Shown: piece after piece, positions 18,147 through 28,497 of the stretch
Position numbering within the stretch: the first letter of the stretch is position 1
How the letters are laid out: every line of letters starts with the position of its first letter
Assembly (NCBI GenBank): GCA_023270155.1
Contig: JAGLTB010000003.1
Location: 1 to 61,500 of the forward strand
Source of the DNA: Candidatus Heimdallarchaeota archaeon
Lineage (GTDB): Archaea; Asgardarchaeota; Heimdallarchaeia; Heimdallarchaeales; Heimdallarchaeaceae
DNA length: 61,500 nt
Reading direction: 5' to 3'
Notes under the pieces: model-generated
Database searches by the model: none
Seen by the model: only the letters and a program-made list of their open reading frames with translations
What the model was told of the DNA's origin: nothing
Made by a program: the position numbers and the translations under genes

Positions 18147-18926
18147 ATGACAACTATCACAAATAAAATACATTTGGAACCTTTAACCATTGAAAGAAGT
18201 GTTATTGAAACTCCTCTCTTTTTGATCAACGGTAAACTCAGAAGGTTGGATTGGCGCAAGAACCAACACCATTTCTTCAGATTTCTTGAAGAGCTGCCTA
18301 AGATACTTAGAAGAGATGTTCCTGAGAATGTATTCAATGAAGTAATTCTTCACTATCAGAACCTTAACAATCTTTTGCTCGAGAGTCATCTCCATGATGA
18401 GAGCTTCAATAATGGAAACATGCTAATCTACTTTTTAGCTTTATTGGAACATCACACAACTCTTCATGGTAGGGAGATTCAGTTCAAGAATCTCCGACGT
18501 ATCTTTAGATTATGGGGTATTGATGATAATTTTACTTTCTATTTGCGAAGGATAGCCCAAGCTAGAGAAAGATTGGAAACCGCTGAATTACTCAAATTTG
18601 ACCCACTTAGCACCCTCGATGACATACAGAAGAAGATTAACCATCTCATTGATTATTTATCTCTTAAACTTCCTGTCAAGAATGATGATCTTGAGAGAAT
18701 TAGAGAAAGAGTTACAAAACTCCTTGACAAACGTATCATTCCCTATGCTAGTATTCAAGATGCCGGACTCACAATGATAGTTGCATCTTTCCCAGAATAT
18801 CTTGAAATTCCCGCTCTCAAGCTTTATTTCTTGTTGAATCTTAGAAAAGAGTTTAAGGTTGACTTGAATGCTCTACGTAAGAGAGTACAGAGATATCGAG
18901 AAAGACTGAAGGAAAAGAATCTTTAG
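18147..18926 (+). CDS. Hypothetical protein, possible TFIIB-core/cyclin-fold repeats without Zn ribbon
   Basis: Two helical repeats follow the TFB cyclin-repeat pattern, for example LSLKLPVKNDDLERIRERVTKLLDKRIIPYASIQDAGLTMIVASF and ...VDLNALRKRVQRYRERL. There are no Cys pairs. Confidence 0.3.
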   Translation: MTTITNKIHLEPLTIERSVIETPLFLINGKLRRLDWRKNQHHFFRFLEELPKILRRDVPENVFNEVILHYQNLNNLLLESHLHDESFNNGNMLIYFLALLEHHTTLHGREIQFKNLRRIFRLWGIDDNFTFYLRRIAQARERLETAELLKFDPLSTLDDIQKKINHLIDYLSLKLPVKNDDLERIRERVTKLLDKRIIPYASIQDAGLTMIVASFPEYLEIPALKLYFLLNLRKEFKVDLNALRKRVQRYRERLKEKNL

Positions 18927-19303
18927 AGTCTAAATGCATTGAAATGATTTTTTAGGAATGCTAATGTCTAAATTAAGTAGTATGGTAGATGTTTTATTTT
19001 ACTAGTAATCTTGTCATCATCGTTTATTTTTTTGAAGCGAAAAAAGAATAGAAAATTAAATGCTAACCAATTCTTAATCTTTTTTTACGTTTCACTTCTG
19101 CTTAGAATAAATATGATAAACTTATACTTAACACGAAAAGTTTAAATTTAATGTAATTCTGTGAGATTATCATTGTAATGGGTGTCAAGATAGAGTTTAA
19201 GGTTGCAACAACAACTTTTATAATTGTATCCACTCAGAACAAGACAAAGCGTTAAAAAGGATTTGCAAATCTTACTACAAAGGAATAGTGAAAGTGTGAT
19301 TTT

Positions 19304-20359
19304 ATGAGTCGTCCACCTGAAGATATACTATTAGAAATAAAGGGACTAAAAACATATTTCTTTACAGAAGAGGGAGTAGTAAAAGCAATAGAATCAGTAG
19401 ATATAGAAGTTTATAAATCAGAGACACTAGGATTAGTAGGAGAATCAGGCTCAGGAAAGTCTGTAACAGCACTTTCAATACTGGGAATAGTTCCAGACCC
19501 ACCAGGTAAGGTCCTTGATGGTCAAGTTGTTTTTCATGGTCAAGATCTTCGCCACCTCAGTGATTCTGATATGCGTAAAATCCGTGGTAATCAAATTGCT
19601 ATGATTTTCCAAGATCCTATGACTAGTCTTAACCCTGTTTTTACTGTTGGTGATCAAATCAGTGAAGCTATTATGCTCCACCAAAAAGTTTCCAAGAAAG
19701 AAGCTAAGGAAAAATCCATTAAGATTATGAGTTTAGTTGGTATTCCTTCTGCTGATGAAAGAGTTGATAATTATCCTTTCGAGTTCAGTGGAGGAATGAG
19801 ACAGAGAGTTATGATTGCCATGGCTCTCAGCTGCAATCCTGAATTACTAATTGCAGATGAACCTTCAACAAGTCTCGATGTTACTATTCAAGCACAGATT
19901 CTTGAACTCCTCAAAGCAACAAGTGAAGAGTTCGACATGAGTATCATACTAATTACTCATGATATGGGTGTAATCGCAGAGATGTGTGACCGTGTAGCTG
20001 TCATGTATGCAGGTTATATTTGTGAACTTGGAGATATAATGATTATCTTCAAGTCTCCATTTCATCCATATACAAGAGGGCTTTTAGGAGCCATACCTCG
20101 TCCTGACGCGGAACGAGAGGATTTAACCATTATTCGAGGTGCAATACCCAATCTAATTAATCCTCCATCAGCATGTCGATTCCATCCTCGTTGTGATTAT
20201 TACATGCAGGGTTTATGTGATGTTATTTTACCAGCAATAATAGAAGTTGAACCAGGTCATGATGTTAGATGTCATATCTATTCTGAAGAAGGTAAAGCTT
20301 GGATGCAAAAACATGGCCAAAAAAGAGAGATTGGCAAGGTCCCAAAAGCGATAAAGTAG
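19304..20359 (+). CDS. oppD: Peptide ABC transporter ATP-binding protein (OppD/DppD type)
   Basis: Walker A GESGSGKS, signature FSGGMRQR, Walker B LLIADEPST. The C-terminal oligopeptide-transporter extension carries a Cys cluster (CRFHPRC...C). Confidence 0.9.
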   Translation: MSRPPEDILLEIKGLKTYFFTEEGVVKAIESVDIEVYKSETLGLVGESGSGKSVTALSILGIVPDPPGKVLDGQVVFHGQDLRHLSDSDMRKIRGNQIAMIFQDPMTSLNPVFTVGDQISEAIMLHQKVSKKEAKEKSIKIMSLVGIPSADERVDNYPFEFSGGMRQRVMIAMALSCNPELLIADEPSTSLDVTIQAQILELLKATSEEFDMSIILITHDMGVIAEMCDRVAVMYAGYICELGDIMIIFKSPFHPYTRGLLGAIPRPDAEREDLTIIRGAIPNLINPPSACRFHPRCDYYMQGLCDVILPAIIEVEPGHDVRCHIYSEEGKAWMQKHGQKREIGKVPKAIK

Positions 20360-20368
20360 GTGAGGAAA

Positions 20369-21580
20369 ATGAGTCAAACTGATAAAACATTCATTGAAAG
20401 ATTGGCAGAAAAACAGCAAGATGGTCGTATTAGAACCATAGAAATGGAAGAAGACGTAGTTCTTCAAGTTACTAACTTAAGAAAATTCTTTGATATTCCT
20501 ATTCCTTTTGAAACCACTTGGTTTATGATTGCTTTTGTTGGAGCAATAGTTGTTTTTGCTTTCAATCAAATAGCAGGTCTTGCATTAATTGCAGCGATAA
20601 TTATAGCTTATTTTGGTTTACCTCGTATTCCACCTTTCAACAAAAGACCTAAAGTTGCTCACTTAAAAGCTGTTGATGGGATAGATCTAAAAATCAAAAA
20701 AGGGAAGATTGTTGGTCTTGTTGGTGAATCAGGCTGTGGGAAAAGTACAGCAGCTAAAACAATCATTAGATTATTAGAACCAACTTCTGGATCTGTATAC
20801 TTCAAAGGAATTGATATTAATCGTCTTACCTCTGAAGAGATGAAAGAAATTAGGAGACATTTACAGATTGTTTTCCAAGATCCTTATGCTTCCCTCAATC
20901 CTCGTGCTACTGCACACGACATTATCATTGAACCTTTTGACATTCATGGAGTAGCCTCTGGTGATGAAGCCAGTTATAGGGTTTTAACTCTCTTAAAGGA
21001 TGTAGGATTAGCTCCTCATCATGCTTACCGTTATCCTCACGAATTCAGTGGAGGACAAAGACAAAGATTAGGAATTGCCAGAGCTTTAGCTTTGGAACCT
21101 GATTTCATAGTAATGGATGAACCTGTTTCAAACTTAGATGTATCTGTTCGTGCAGCAATTATCCAGCTTATTCTTGAGTTGCAAAGGAAAATGGGACTTA
21201 CTTATCTATTCATTGCTCATGATCTCTCCCTTATTAAAATCTTAGTTGATGAAGTTAATGTAATGTATCTTGGTAAGATTATGGAAGCTGGTACCAGTGA
21301 TGAGATATTTGAAACAATGATGCATCCCTATACCAAAGCATTGATATCTGCAGTACCAATTGCAGATCCAACCAAGAGATCAAAGAAAATCTTCCTAACA
21401 GGTGACATTCCAACACCAATAAACCCACCACCAGGATGCAAATTCCAAACAAGATGTCCATTAGTATCAGATATTTGCCGTGTAGAAGACCCTCCTGCAA
21501 AATGGTACACTGTTTCTCATGTTGCTTATTGCCACAATATTGAAGGTGGAGAAGAAAGTCCTGAATATTTCGCAAAATAG
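20369..21580 (+). CDS. oppF: Peptide ABC transporter ATP-binding protein (OppF/DppF type) with inserted hydrophobic hairpin
   Basis: Walker A GESGCGKST, signature FSGGQRQR, Walker B DEPVSNLD, C-terminal CKFQTRCP. The track GTG at 20360 sits inside the GGTGAGG SD, so the ATG at 20369 is the likely start. Confidence 0.9.
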   Translation: MSQTDKTFIERLAEKQQDGRIRTIEMEEDVVLQVTNLRKFFDIPIPFETTWFMIAFVGAIVVFAFNQIAGLALIAAIIIAYFGLPRIPPFNKRPKVAHLKAVDGIDLKIKKGKIVGLVGESGCGKSTAAKTIIRLLEPTSGSVYFKGIDINRLTSEEMKEIRRHLQIVFQDPYASLNPRATAHDIIIEPFDIHGVASGDEASYRVLTLLKDVGLAPHHAYRYPHEFSGGQRQRLGIARALALEPDFIVMDEPVSNLDVSVRAAIIQLILELQRKMGLTYLFIAHDLSLIKILVDEVNVMYLGKIMEAGTSDEIFETMMHPYTKALISAVPIADPTKRSKKIFLTGDIPTPINPPPGCKFQTRCPLVSDICRVEDPPAKWYTVSHVAYCHNIEGGEESPEYFAK

Positions 21581-21708
21581 TTCTCCTTCTCTTTTTTATT
21601 CTATTTTCTTATTTATTTTTAGTATGTCATAATGTAATAATATTTATTAGCTTAAAAATAGAGTATTATCTGTTATTAGTTTCACATTATGATATGTGAG
21701 GAGATTAT

Positions 21709-22461
21709 ATGAGTAGAGTAAACCTTGAATCTGCAAAAAATAATATTGAAAGAATTCTTACTAGTTTAAATGAAATCCAGCAACTTCTGACAAGTAAAAC
21801 ACAAGAGATTAATTCGAAAGTTCGAGATTTTAGTGACACTTTAACTGCTTATTTCAAGCAAGCTGAAGAAAAAGATCAGCTTGTCAATCAAGAGGAAGAG
21901 AAAAAAGCAAATAACACTACTCTGCTGGATCAGGAAAGCCAAAAACTGCAAGGATTAAACCACAACAAAGATGTTCTGCATTCCGAGATTTCCAGTAACC
22001 AACGAGATATTGAACAATTATCTACTTTAATTCTAGAAAGAGAGAAACTCTTTACAGAATTAAGTGTTCAAGTTGATTCATTAAACGAAAGAATATCAGA
22101 ACTAAAGCGTAAAGATGAAGAAATTGAAGTTCTCACTCAAGCTACTTTAGATGAAACTAAAGAAGAACTAAGAAAACAAGAGATACATCACGCTGAATTG
22201 TCAACAGAGTATAATAAAATGATTTCAAGATCAAAAGCTCTCAAATATCTAGTAAAACAAGATATAGTTACTTTTCCTGAAATTCAAGTTATACGTAGTT
22301 TAACCGTTCCTGGTGTTGATAATGAGGAGAACTTGAAGAAGACCTCTGGAGTTTCAGACCAGATCATTAGAAATATTCTAACTGATTTGGATAGGAGAGG
22401 TATCATATCTTTCGATATACACACTGGTAAATTCCAGGTATTAACGGAGTTGGATATTTAG
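21709..22461 (+). CDS. Coiled-coil protein with C-terminal winged-helix domain (paralogue 1)
   Basis: About 170 aa of heptad-like sequence, followed by TSGVSDQIIRNILTDLDRRGIISFDIHTGKFQV (recognition helix plus wing). Confidence 0.55.
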   Translation: MSRVNLESAKNNIERILTSLNEIQQLLTSKTQEINSKVRDFSDTLTAYFKQAEEKDQLVNQEEEKKANNTTLLDQESQKLQGLNHNKDVLHSEISSNQRDIEQLSTLILEREKLFTELSVQVDSLNERISELKRKDEEIEVLTQATLDETKEELRKQEIHHAELSTEYNKMISRSKALKYLVKQDIVTFPEIQVIRSLTVPGVDNEENLKKTSGVSDQIIRNILTDLDRRGIISFDIHTGKFQVLTELDI

Positions 22462-22470
22462 GTGAGTGAA

Positions 22471-23223
22471 ATGATGGAAGAAAAGATGATTAGAATTTTA
22501 GAAGAATTGAAACAGGATTTTGAAGAATTAGCATCTAGAAAAACATCGGTTATTTCAACTGTCAAGATGACAATTGAAACAACTACAGATGATGTAAGAG
22601 CTATCCCCGGTTTCATAACCTCATTAGAAACAACCATACAAAACCTTCAACAAATGAACAGGGATTTAGAAGAAAAAATCATGCAAGCACAACAATCTAT
22701 TGACACTGTTACTACAGAGACTGAGATTAGTTCAAGCAATAAATCTGATTTGGAAAATACTGAGGAAAGAAAGCGAAACCAGAAAGCAGATTTGGAAGCT
22801 CAAATAGAAGATTACCAAAATAAGAAAGTTCAACTTGAAAAGGAATTCCAGGAACTCACTCAACTTGTGAATATGAAAGATAATGACTTCAATCAACTAC
22901 AGGTAACTACAAAACAAGAAATCGATGCAATTAGTCAAAAAATAAATGAAGCGAGTGTGAGACTAGAGTCAGCCAAAGAAGAAAATAAACTCATAGTCTA
23001 TTTAATGGATTCTGGACTTTTGGATGTTCCAGAAGCTGAAGTAGTTTCAATAATTGCTTCTTATCCAAATGGTTTGACAATGGCAGAAATTAAAGAAAAA
23101 GTAAGTATGGCACCAGTTAGAGTTCAGCCTACTATTAACAATCTTCTTGAAAAAGTCCTAGAACATGATCCAGCATCTGATTCTTACAGAATACTTGAGA
23201 CGATTAAGAAAGAACTGAGTTAA
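22471..23223 (+). CDS. Coiled-coil protein with C-terminal winged-helix domain (paralogue 2)
   Basis: Same architecture and length as the upstream gene. wH region: GLTMAEIKEKVSMAPVRVQPTINNLLEKVLEHDPASDSYRI. GGTGA SD at 22460-22464, with the ATG at 22471. Confidence 0.55.
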   Translation: MMEEKMIRILEELKQDFEELASRKTSVISTVKMTIETTTDDVRAIPGFITSLETTIQNLQQMNRDLEEKIMQAQQSIDTVTTETEISSSNKSDLENTEERKRNQKADLEAQIEDYQNKKVQLEKEFQELTQLVNMKDNDFNQLQVTTKQEIDAISQKINEASVRLESAKEENKLIVYLMDSGLLDVPEAEVVSIIASYPNGLTMAEIKEKVSMAPVRVQPTINNLLEKVLEHDPASDSYRILETIKKELS

Positions 23224-23417
23224 GTTAACTCTGGAAATAGGATTTGAGGGAGTTTTTATTTCTATTTTTCACATTTGGAAAGAGTACTCTTAATATTTGG
23301 CAACTGTATCGATGACACTGCACCATGTGTATTTATTGAAGAGATAGCGTAAGCTTTTTGAAGCAATGCAAAATTGAGAAAATGAATCCGTATTCATAAT
23401 ACGTATTGAGGTTATGA

Positions 23418-24761
<1,344 letters not shown>

Positions 24762-24769
24762 AACTCTGA

Positions 24770-24815
24770 AAATCAAAAATAACAGGATAAATCCTGTTTT
24801 CGTTTTTCTTCTTTT
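24770..24815. terminator. Bidirectional hairpin plus T-tracts between convergent genes
   Basis: AACAGGAT-AA-ATCCTGTT at 24781-24798. It is followed by TTCGTTTTTCTTCTTTTT on the plus strand and by a T-rich run on the minus strand. Confidence 0.5.
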
Positions 24816-27778
24816 TAATTTGGTTCTACTATTAATCCTTCTCCGTTTTGAGCATCTATTCTGATTATCAGTGGTTTCTTTGTTCGTACATGCCTTACAT
24901 ATTCCAAATCAGTTACAATTTCCTGTTTTTCCAACCAGTCCCAGTTTATAATCTGATCATCTTTGTTGTATTTGATATGTAGATAACCAATATTAGATGT
25001 CACAATATTATGAAAGAAATGGGTTCCTTGTGAAAAGTCTACTTGGAAACCGTCAAGACCTGCTTCAATAATTATTTTCGCGCTGCTGATATTATTCCAC
25101 TTAGCTGGTATCCCAAGAAATCTATCTGCAGTTCCCCATCTACCAAAACCAATTAAAACAGATTCTGTCTTTGTTTTGAATAAATTAGCATTAACCTGAT
25201 CAATCTCTTCTGCAATCTTAAGTGTCTGTGTTTTATCAAATTTATCAGGTTTCACGAAAATAATATCTCGTAAGTCTTTTCTGATTAAATTACCTGATAC
25301 ATGTGTTGATTGAGCTACAATATTTTTTATATCCGCTTCACTTAGCTCTTCAATCATCATTGCTTCTTGGTAAAGATAGGGCCGAATTTGAAGTATAACA
25401 AACTTATCTTTCTCACCTTTGGATTTCTTGAAATTTCCAGCAAACTCAATTTCAATTGAACTTCCTAGAGCTTTCTCACCCATTGTTAGTATCTTAGTAA
25501 TAATTTTAGCTAGAGGAAAAGTATCCAATTTTAATTGGTTACCAAACGTTATAACTGGAGCTCCTTCATCAAAATATCCTTCTCGTAGAATTTGAGATTG
25601 GACATCATAGGTATCAGCTATATTAGATAGAGTTCTATCCTTAATTGCATCACTTAGATTGTACTTTACAGTATAAGGATCATCTTCCAAAATATCGAAT
25701 GCTTTGTACATTAAATCAATCGCATAGAAGTTTTTCTGACTTAGGTCTAGTAGCATATCAGGTGTTGAATGGTAATTTAATTTAGGATATTTTGGACAGA
25801 ATCTTACTGAAGCCCCTCCATCAAGTATTGTTTTCCCAAGTCCAAGTGCAACGTGTGCAATCCTATCCTCCGGCTTCATATAGTCACCAAATGGGTAGAA
25901 ATTGTAAGATGCGGCTGCACCTGAAAAGTCAGGATAGAACTTGTTATTATGTTCTCTACCTACAACATTCTGAAGAACTACAGCCATTTTTGATTCTTCA
26001 ATAGTATGACTGATAGTTTCAGCATACGTTTTAGCAAGTTTGAGAAAAGGAGATGCATAAACTAGTTTTATAGCAATACATAGTTGCTCTAATCTATCCT
26101 TTACATCAAGACTATTATTAGGTATCATATAGGTGTCAAAGATTCCAGCGAAAGGTTGGTAAGCTGAATCTTCTAAAAGACTAGAAGAACGTACTGCTAA
26201 AGGTCCATTTAAGTCTCTCAAAAGGAAATCCAAATCTTCTCTAAGACTTTTAGATAATTTAGCTTTGACAAAACGCTCTTTAAGTTCTTGATCAGATGCA
26301 TCAGAAAGAGCAAATTTGTACAGATTATTATCCTCCATAAATCTATCAAATTCATCAGTACCAATAACAATAGTCTTAGGTATTTCTATGATAACATTCT
26401 CAAATTCAACGTCAATCATAAAGGAATTTAACAGAAACATTAGAAACGCAAGCCCTCGACCTTTTCCTCCTAGAGAGCCAGGTCTTAGACGTATGAAGAG
26501 AATTTCTGGATGATATGCTTCTCTAGAGAAATCATTTACTATTCCTCTAGTTTTCTCAATTACAACTTCCTTTGTGATCTGTAGGAGAAACGCTCTTAAC
26601 TCATCTTCTGCAAACTCAGAAACTTTTCGAGGTTTAAGCTTTTGTGCAATTTCAAATTCTCCTCTAGCGTTTAACCAGTTTGAGAAATGGTCATTTCTTC
26701 CATGGTAGATGAGAGAACTTTCGGGAACTTTTTCCAATTGCTCATAAAAATCTATGATGTCATTGGCTTTTCCTACAATTTTTCCTTCACTGTCTTTGAA
26801 TATAAAGTCACCAAAACCTACGCTCTCTAGCAACCAATTCCGCAAATCCCAAACCAATCCATGAGACCTTTTGTGAATAAATGAATACCCCTTTTCTTCA
26901 GCTTGCTCTCTGTATTTCTCCTTGCTTGATTGTAGAAGTATAGGGAGGGTTGAGTTTTCTTTGGTAAGCTTCTCAGCAAAGGCAAAACCTGCTGATTTAT
27001 CTAACTCACCATTTCTGGGAAATTCTATATCTAAAATAACCCCCATCACATTTTCCCCATATTTCTCATGATAGGATGCAGCTTCTTCATAAGTCTCAGC
27101 TAGAAGAATTTTAGGTCTGATCCTCATCTTAAGCAAATCTTGAAAATCATTAGTACCTTCTGTTATTAATCTGTGAGTTTGACGCATAAGTTCTCCGTAA
27201 ATTTCAGGTAAGAGAAGAGAGTAAAAACGAATTGAATCGTCAACAAGAATAAAAACCTTAACATCTCCAGTTTTTGTATCATGGTCTGCGTTAAGTTTAT
27301 CTTCTAGATGTTTGATTATCGCAACAAAAAGTTTAGAATCACCATTCCAAACAAAAACGCGATCGATTCCTTTGCGTTTTTCAAAATCAGGTACAAAATT
27401 GATTTCAACAACACTGTTGAGAAGCAGAATCACAGGTATATTTTGTATTTCCTTTACTTGTTCTCCAAAAGAAAACGCATCTATTTCTCCTAATCTCCGC
27501 ATGGTTATGACGAGATCAAAGTTTTTTTCCTTGAGTATGTCAATAGCTTCTTGAGCAGAAGAGACTCTTGTTATTCTAGGCAATGTTCTTAAGTTTAGAT
27601 TTTTAAATTCCTCATAAATTTGATCTGAAAGCCTTCCATCTTCTTCGATCATAAAACTATCATATATACTGGATACTAGAAGCACATTGTGCATTCGCTT
27701 AGACATTAATTCATGAAATATCTTATATTTGGGTTTATAATCAAAGTAGAAACTTTCTTCACCATAGTCTGTAGACAA
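24815..27778 (-). CDS. Two receiver (REC) domains fused to a PEP/pyruvate-binding (PPDK_N, ATP-grasp) domain protein
   Basis: REC2 has DD plus GVILDIEFP. The PPDK_N blocks GGKGRGLAFL and LAVRSSSLLEDS are present. REC1 has T where the phospho-acceptor Asp is expected (FDLVITM). Confidence 0.8.
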   Translation of the reverse strand: MSTDYGEESFYFDYKPKYKIFHELMSKRMHNVLLVSSIYDSFMIEEDGRLSDQIYEEFKNLNLRTLPRITRVSSAQEAIDILKEKNFDLVITMRRLGEIDAFSFGEQVKEIQNIPVILLLNSVVEINFVPDFEKRKGIDRVFVWNGDSKLFVAIIKHLEDKLNADHDTKTGDVKVFILVDDSIRFYSLLLPEIYGELMRQTHRLITEGTNDFQDLLKMRIRPKILLAETYEEAASYHEKYGENVMGVILDIEFPRNGELDKSAGFAFAEKLTKENSTLPILLQSSKEKYREQAEEKGYSFIHKRSHGLVWDLRNWLLESVGFGDFIFKDSEGKIVGKANDIIDFYEQLEKVPESSLIYHGRNDHFSNWLNARGEFEIAQKLKPRKVSEFAEDELRAFLLQITKEVVIEKTRGIVNDFSREAYHPEILFIRLRPGSLGGKGRGLAFLMFLLNSFMIDVEFENVIIEIPKTIVIGTDEFDRFMEDNNLYKFALSDASDQELKERFVKAKLSKSLREDLDFLLRDLNGPLAVRSSSLLEDSAYQPFAGIFDTYMIPNNSLDVKDRLEQLCIAIKLVYASPFLKLAKTYAETISHTIEESKMAVVLQNVVGREHNNKFYPDFSGAAASYNFYPFGDYMKPEDRIAHVALGLGKTILDGGASVRFCPKYPKLNYHSTPDMLLDLSQKNFYAIDLMYKAFDILEDDPYTVKYNLSDAIKDRTLSNIADTYDVQSQILREGYFDEGAPVITFGNQLKLDTFPLAKIITKILTMGEKALGSSIEIEFAGNFKKSKGEKDKFVILQIRPYLYQEAMMIEELSEADIKNIVAQSTHVSGNLIRKDLRDIIFVKPDKFDKTQTLKIAEEIDQVNANLFKTKTESVLIGFGRWGTADRFLGIPAKWNNISSAKIIIEAGLDGFQVDFSQGTHFFHNIVTSNIGYLHIKYNKDDQIINWDWLEKQEIVTDLEYVRHVRTKKPLIIRIDAQNGEGLIVEPN

Positions 27779-27894
27779 TTATACTACCCCCAAAGTTTGG
27801 GATTATCATGTTTACATTTCTTTATCGCAATATAACGATTTTTGTTCGAATAAAAATATAATTTCCATTGAAATAAAGGAAGAAAAGGAGTTTC

Positions 27895-28497
27895 TTATTG
27901 ATTAGCTTTAGCTAAAATCCAATAATGTCGTTCTCCTCCTCTTTCTAAAACTTCTTCAAAAATAATCTCAAATCCCGCATCTTTCACTAATTCCAATGAT
28001 TGTTCGGCACTATAATGACTCCAAAACATCTTTGTGCCAAAATACTCCCCGGTATCTTCCGATTCACTTGAACCCAAACCAATCAGCATTATTCCTCTTG
28101 GTTTGAGGATTCTTCGGAATTTTTTGAAGAGGAAAGCATGTTTTTCACGTGGTAAATGGATGATAGCATAGAAGGAAACAATACCATCAAAAGAATCATC
28201 AAGAAAATCCATCTCACTCATATCGGCTTTAAGAAACTCTCCTTTAGGAACATGCTTCTTTGCTAAGGAAAGCATTTCCTCAGAAATATCTATACCAATA
28301 ACGGAAAAACCTTCATCAACAAGATACTTTGTAACTGGAACTCCAGCCCCACAGCCTACATCTAAGATTTTTGCTCCTGAAGTCAATAATTCAGTGAATT
28401 GTCTCAGTTCTATGATACTCTCGAATTTATTTCTTTCTGAGTGATAGTTGAGAGCAATCTTGTTATAGCCTTCCTCAACTATCTTTTCTTTCTTCAT
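27895..28497 (-). CDS. Class I SAM-dependent methyltransferase
   Basis: Motif I ILDVGCGAGV and motif II FDGIVSF. Confidence 0.85.
   Translation of the reverse strand: MKKEKIVEEGYNKIALNYHSERNKFESIIELRQFTELLTSGAKILDVGCGAGVPVTKYLVDEGFSVIGIDISEEMLSLAKKHVPKGEFLKADMSEMDFLDDSFDGIVSFYAIIHLPREKHAFLFKKFRRILKPRGIMLIGLGSSESEDTGEYFGTKMFWSHYSAEQSLELVKDAGFEIIFEEVLERGGERHYWILAKANQ

Noticed and set aside
17726-18951. Near-identical 13-mers TTGGAATGATTTT (17726-38) and TTGAAATGATTTT (18939-51) flank the insert, which could be target-site duplication.
   Set aside because: My rough estimate is that a 12/13 match between two 100-nt AT-rich windows is not unlikely by chance. No transposase or integrase is present.
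21709-23223. Assigning the coiled-coil plus wH pair as CdvB/ESCRT-III homologues.
   Set aside because: Only the gross architecture (helical core plus C-terminal wH, about 250 aa) matches. I see no basic N-terminal helix or Snf7-like sequence pattern. It is kept as one testable hypothesis, not as a call.
23390-23412. Inverted repeat CGTATT-CAT-AATACG just upstream of gdhA, as a possible regulator site.
   Set aside because: The arms are only 6 bp in AT-rich DNA, and there is no second copy or known motif.
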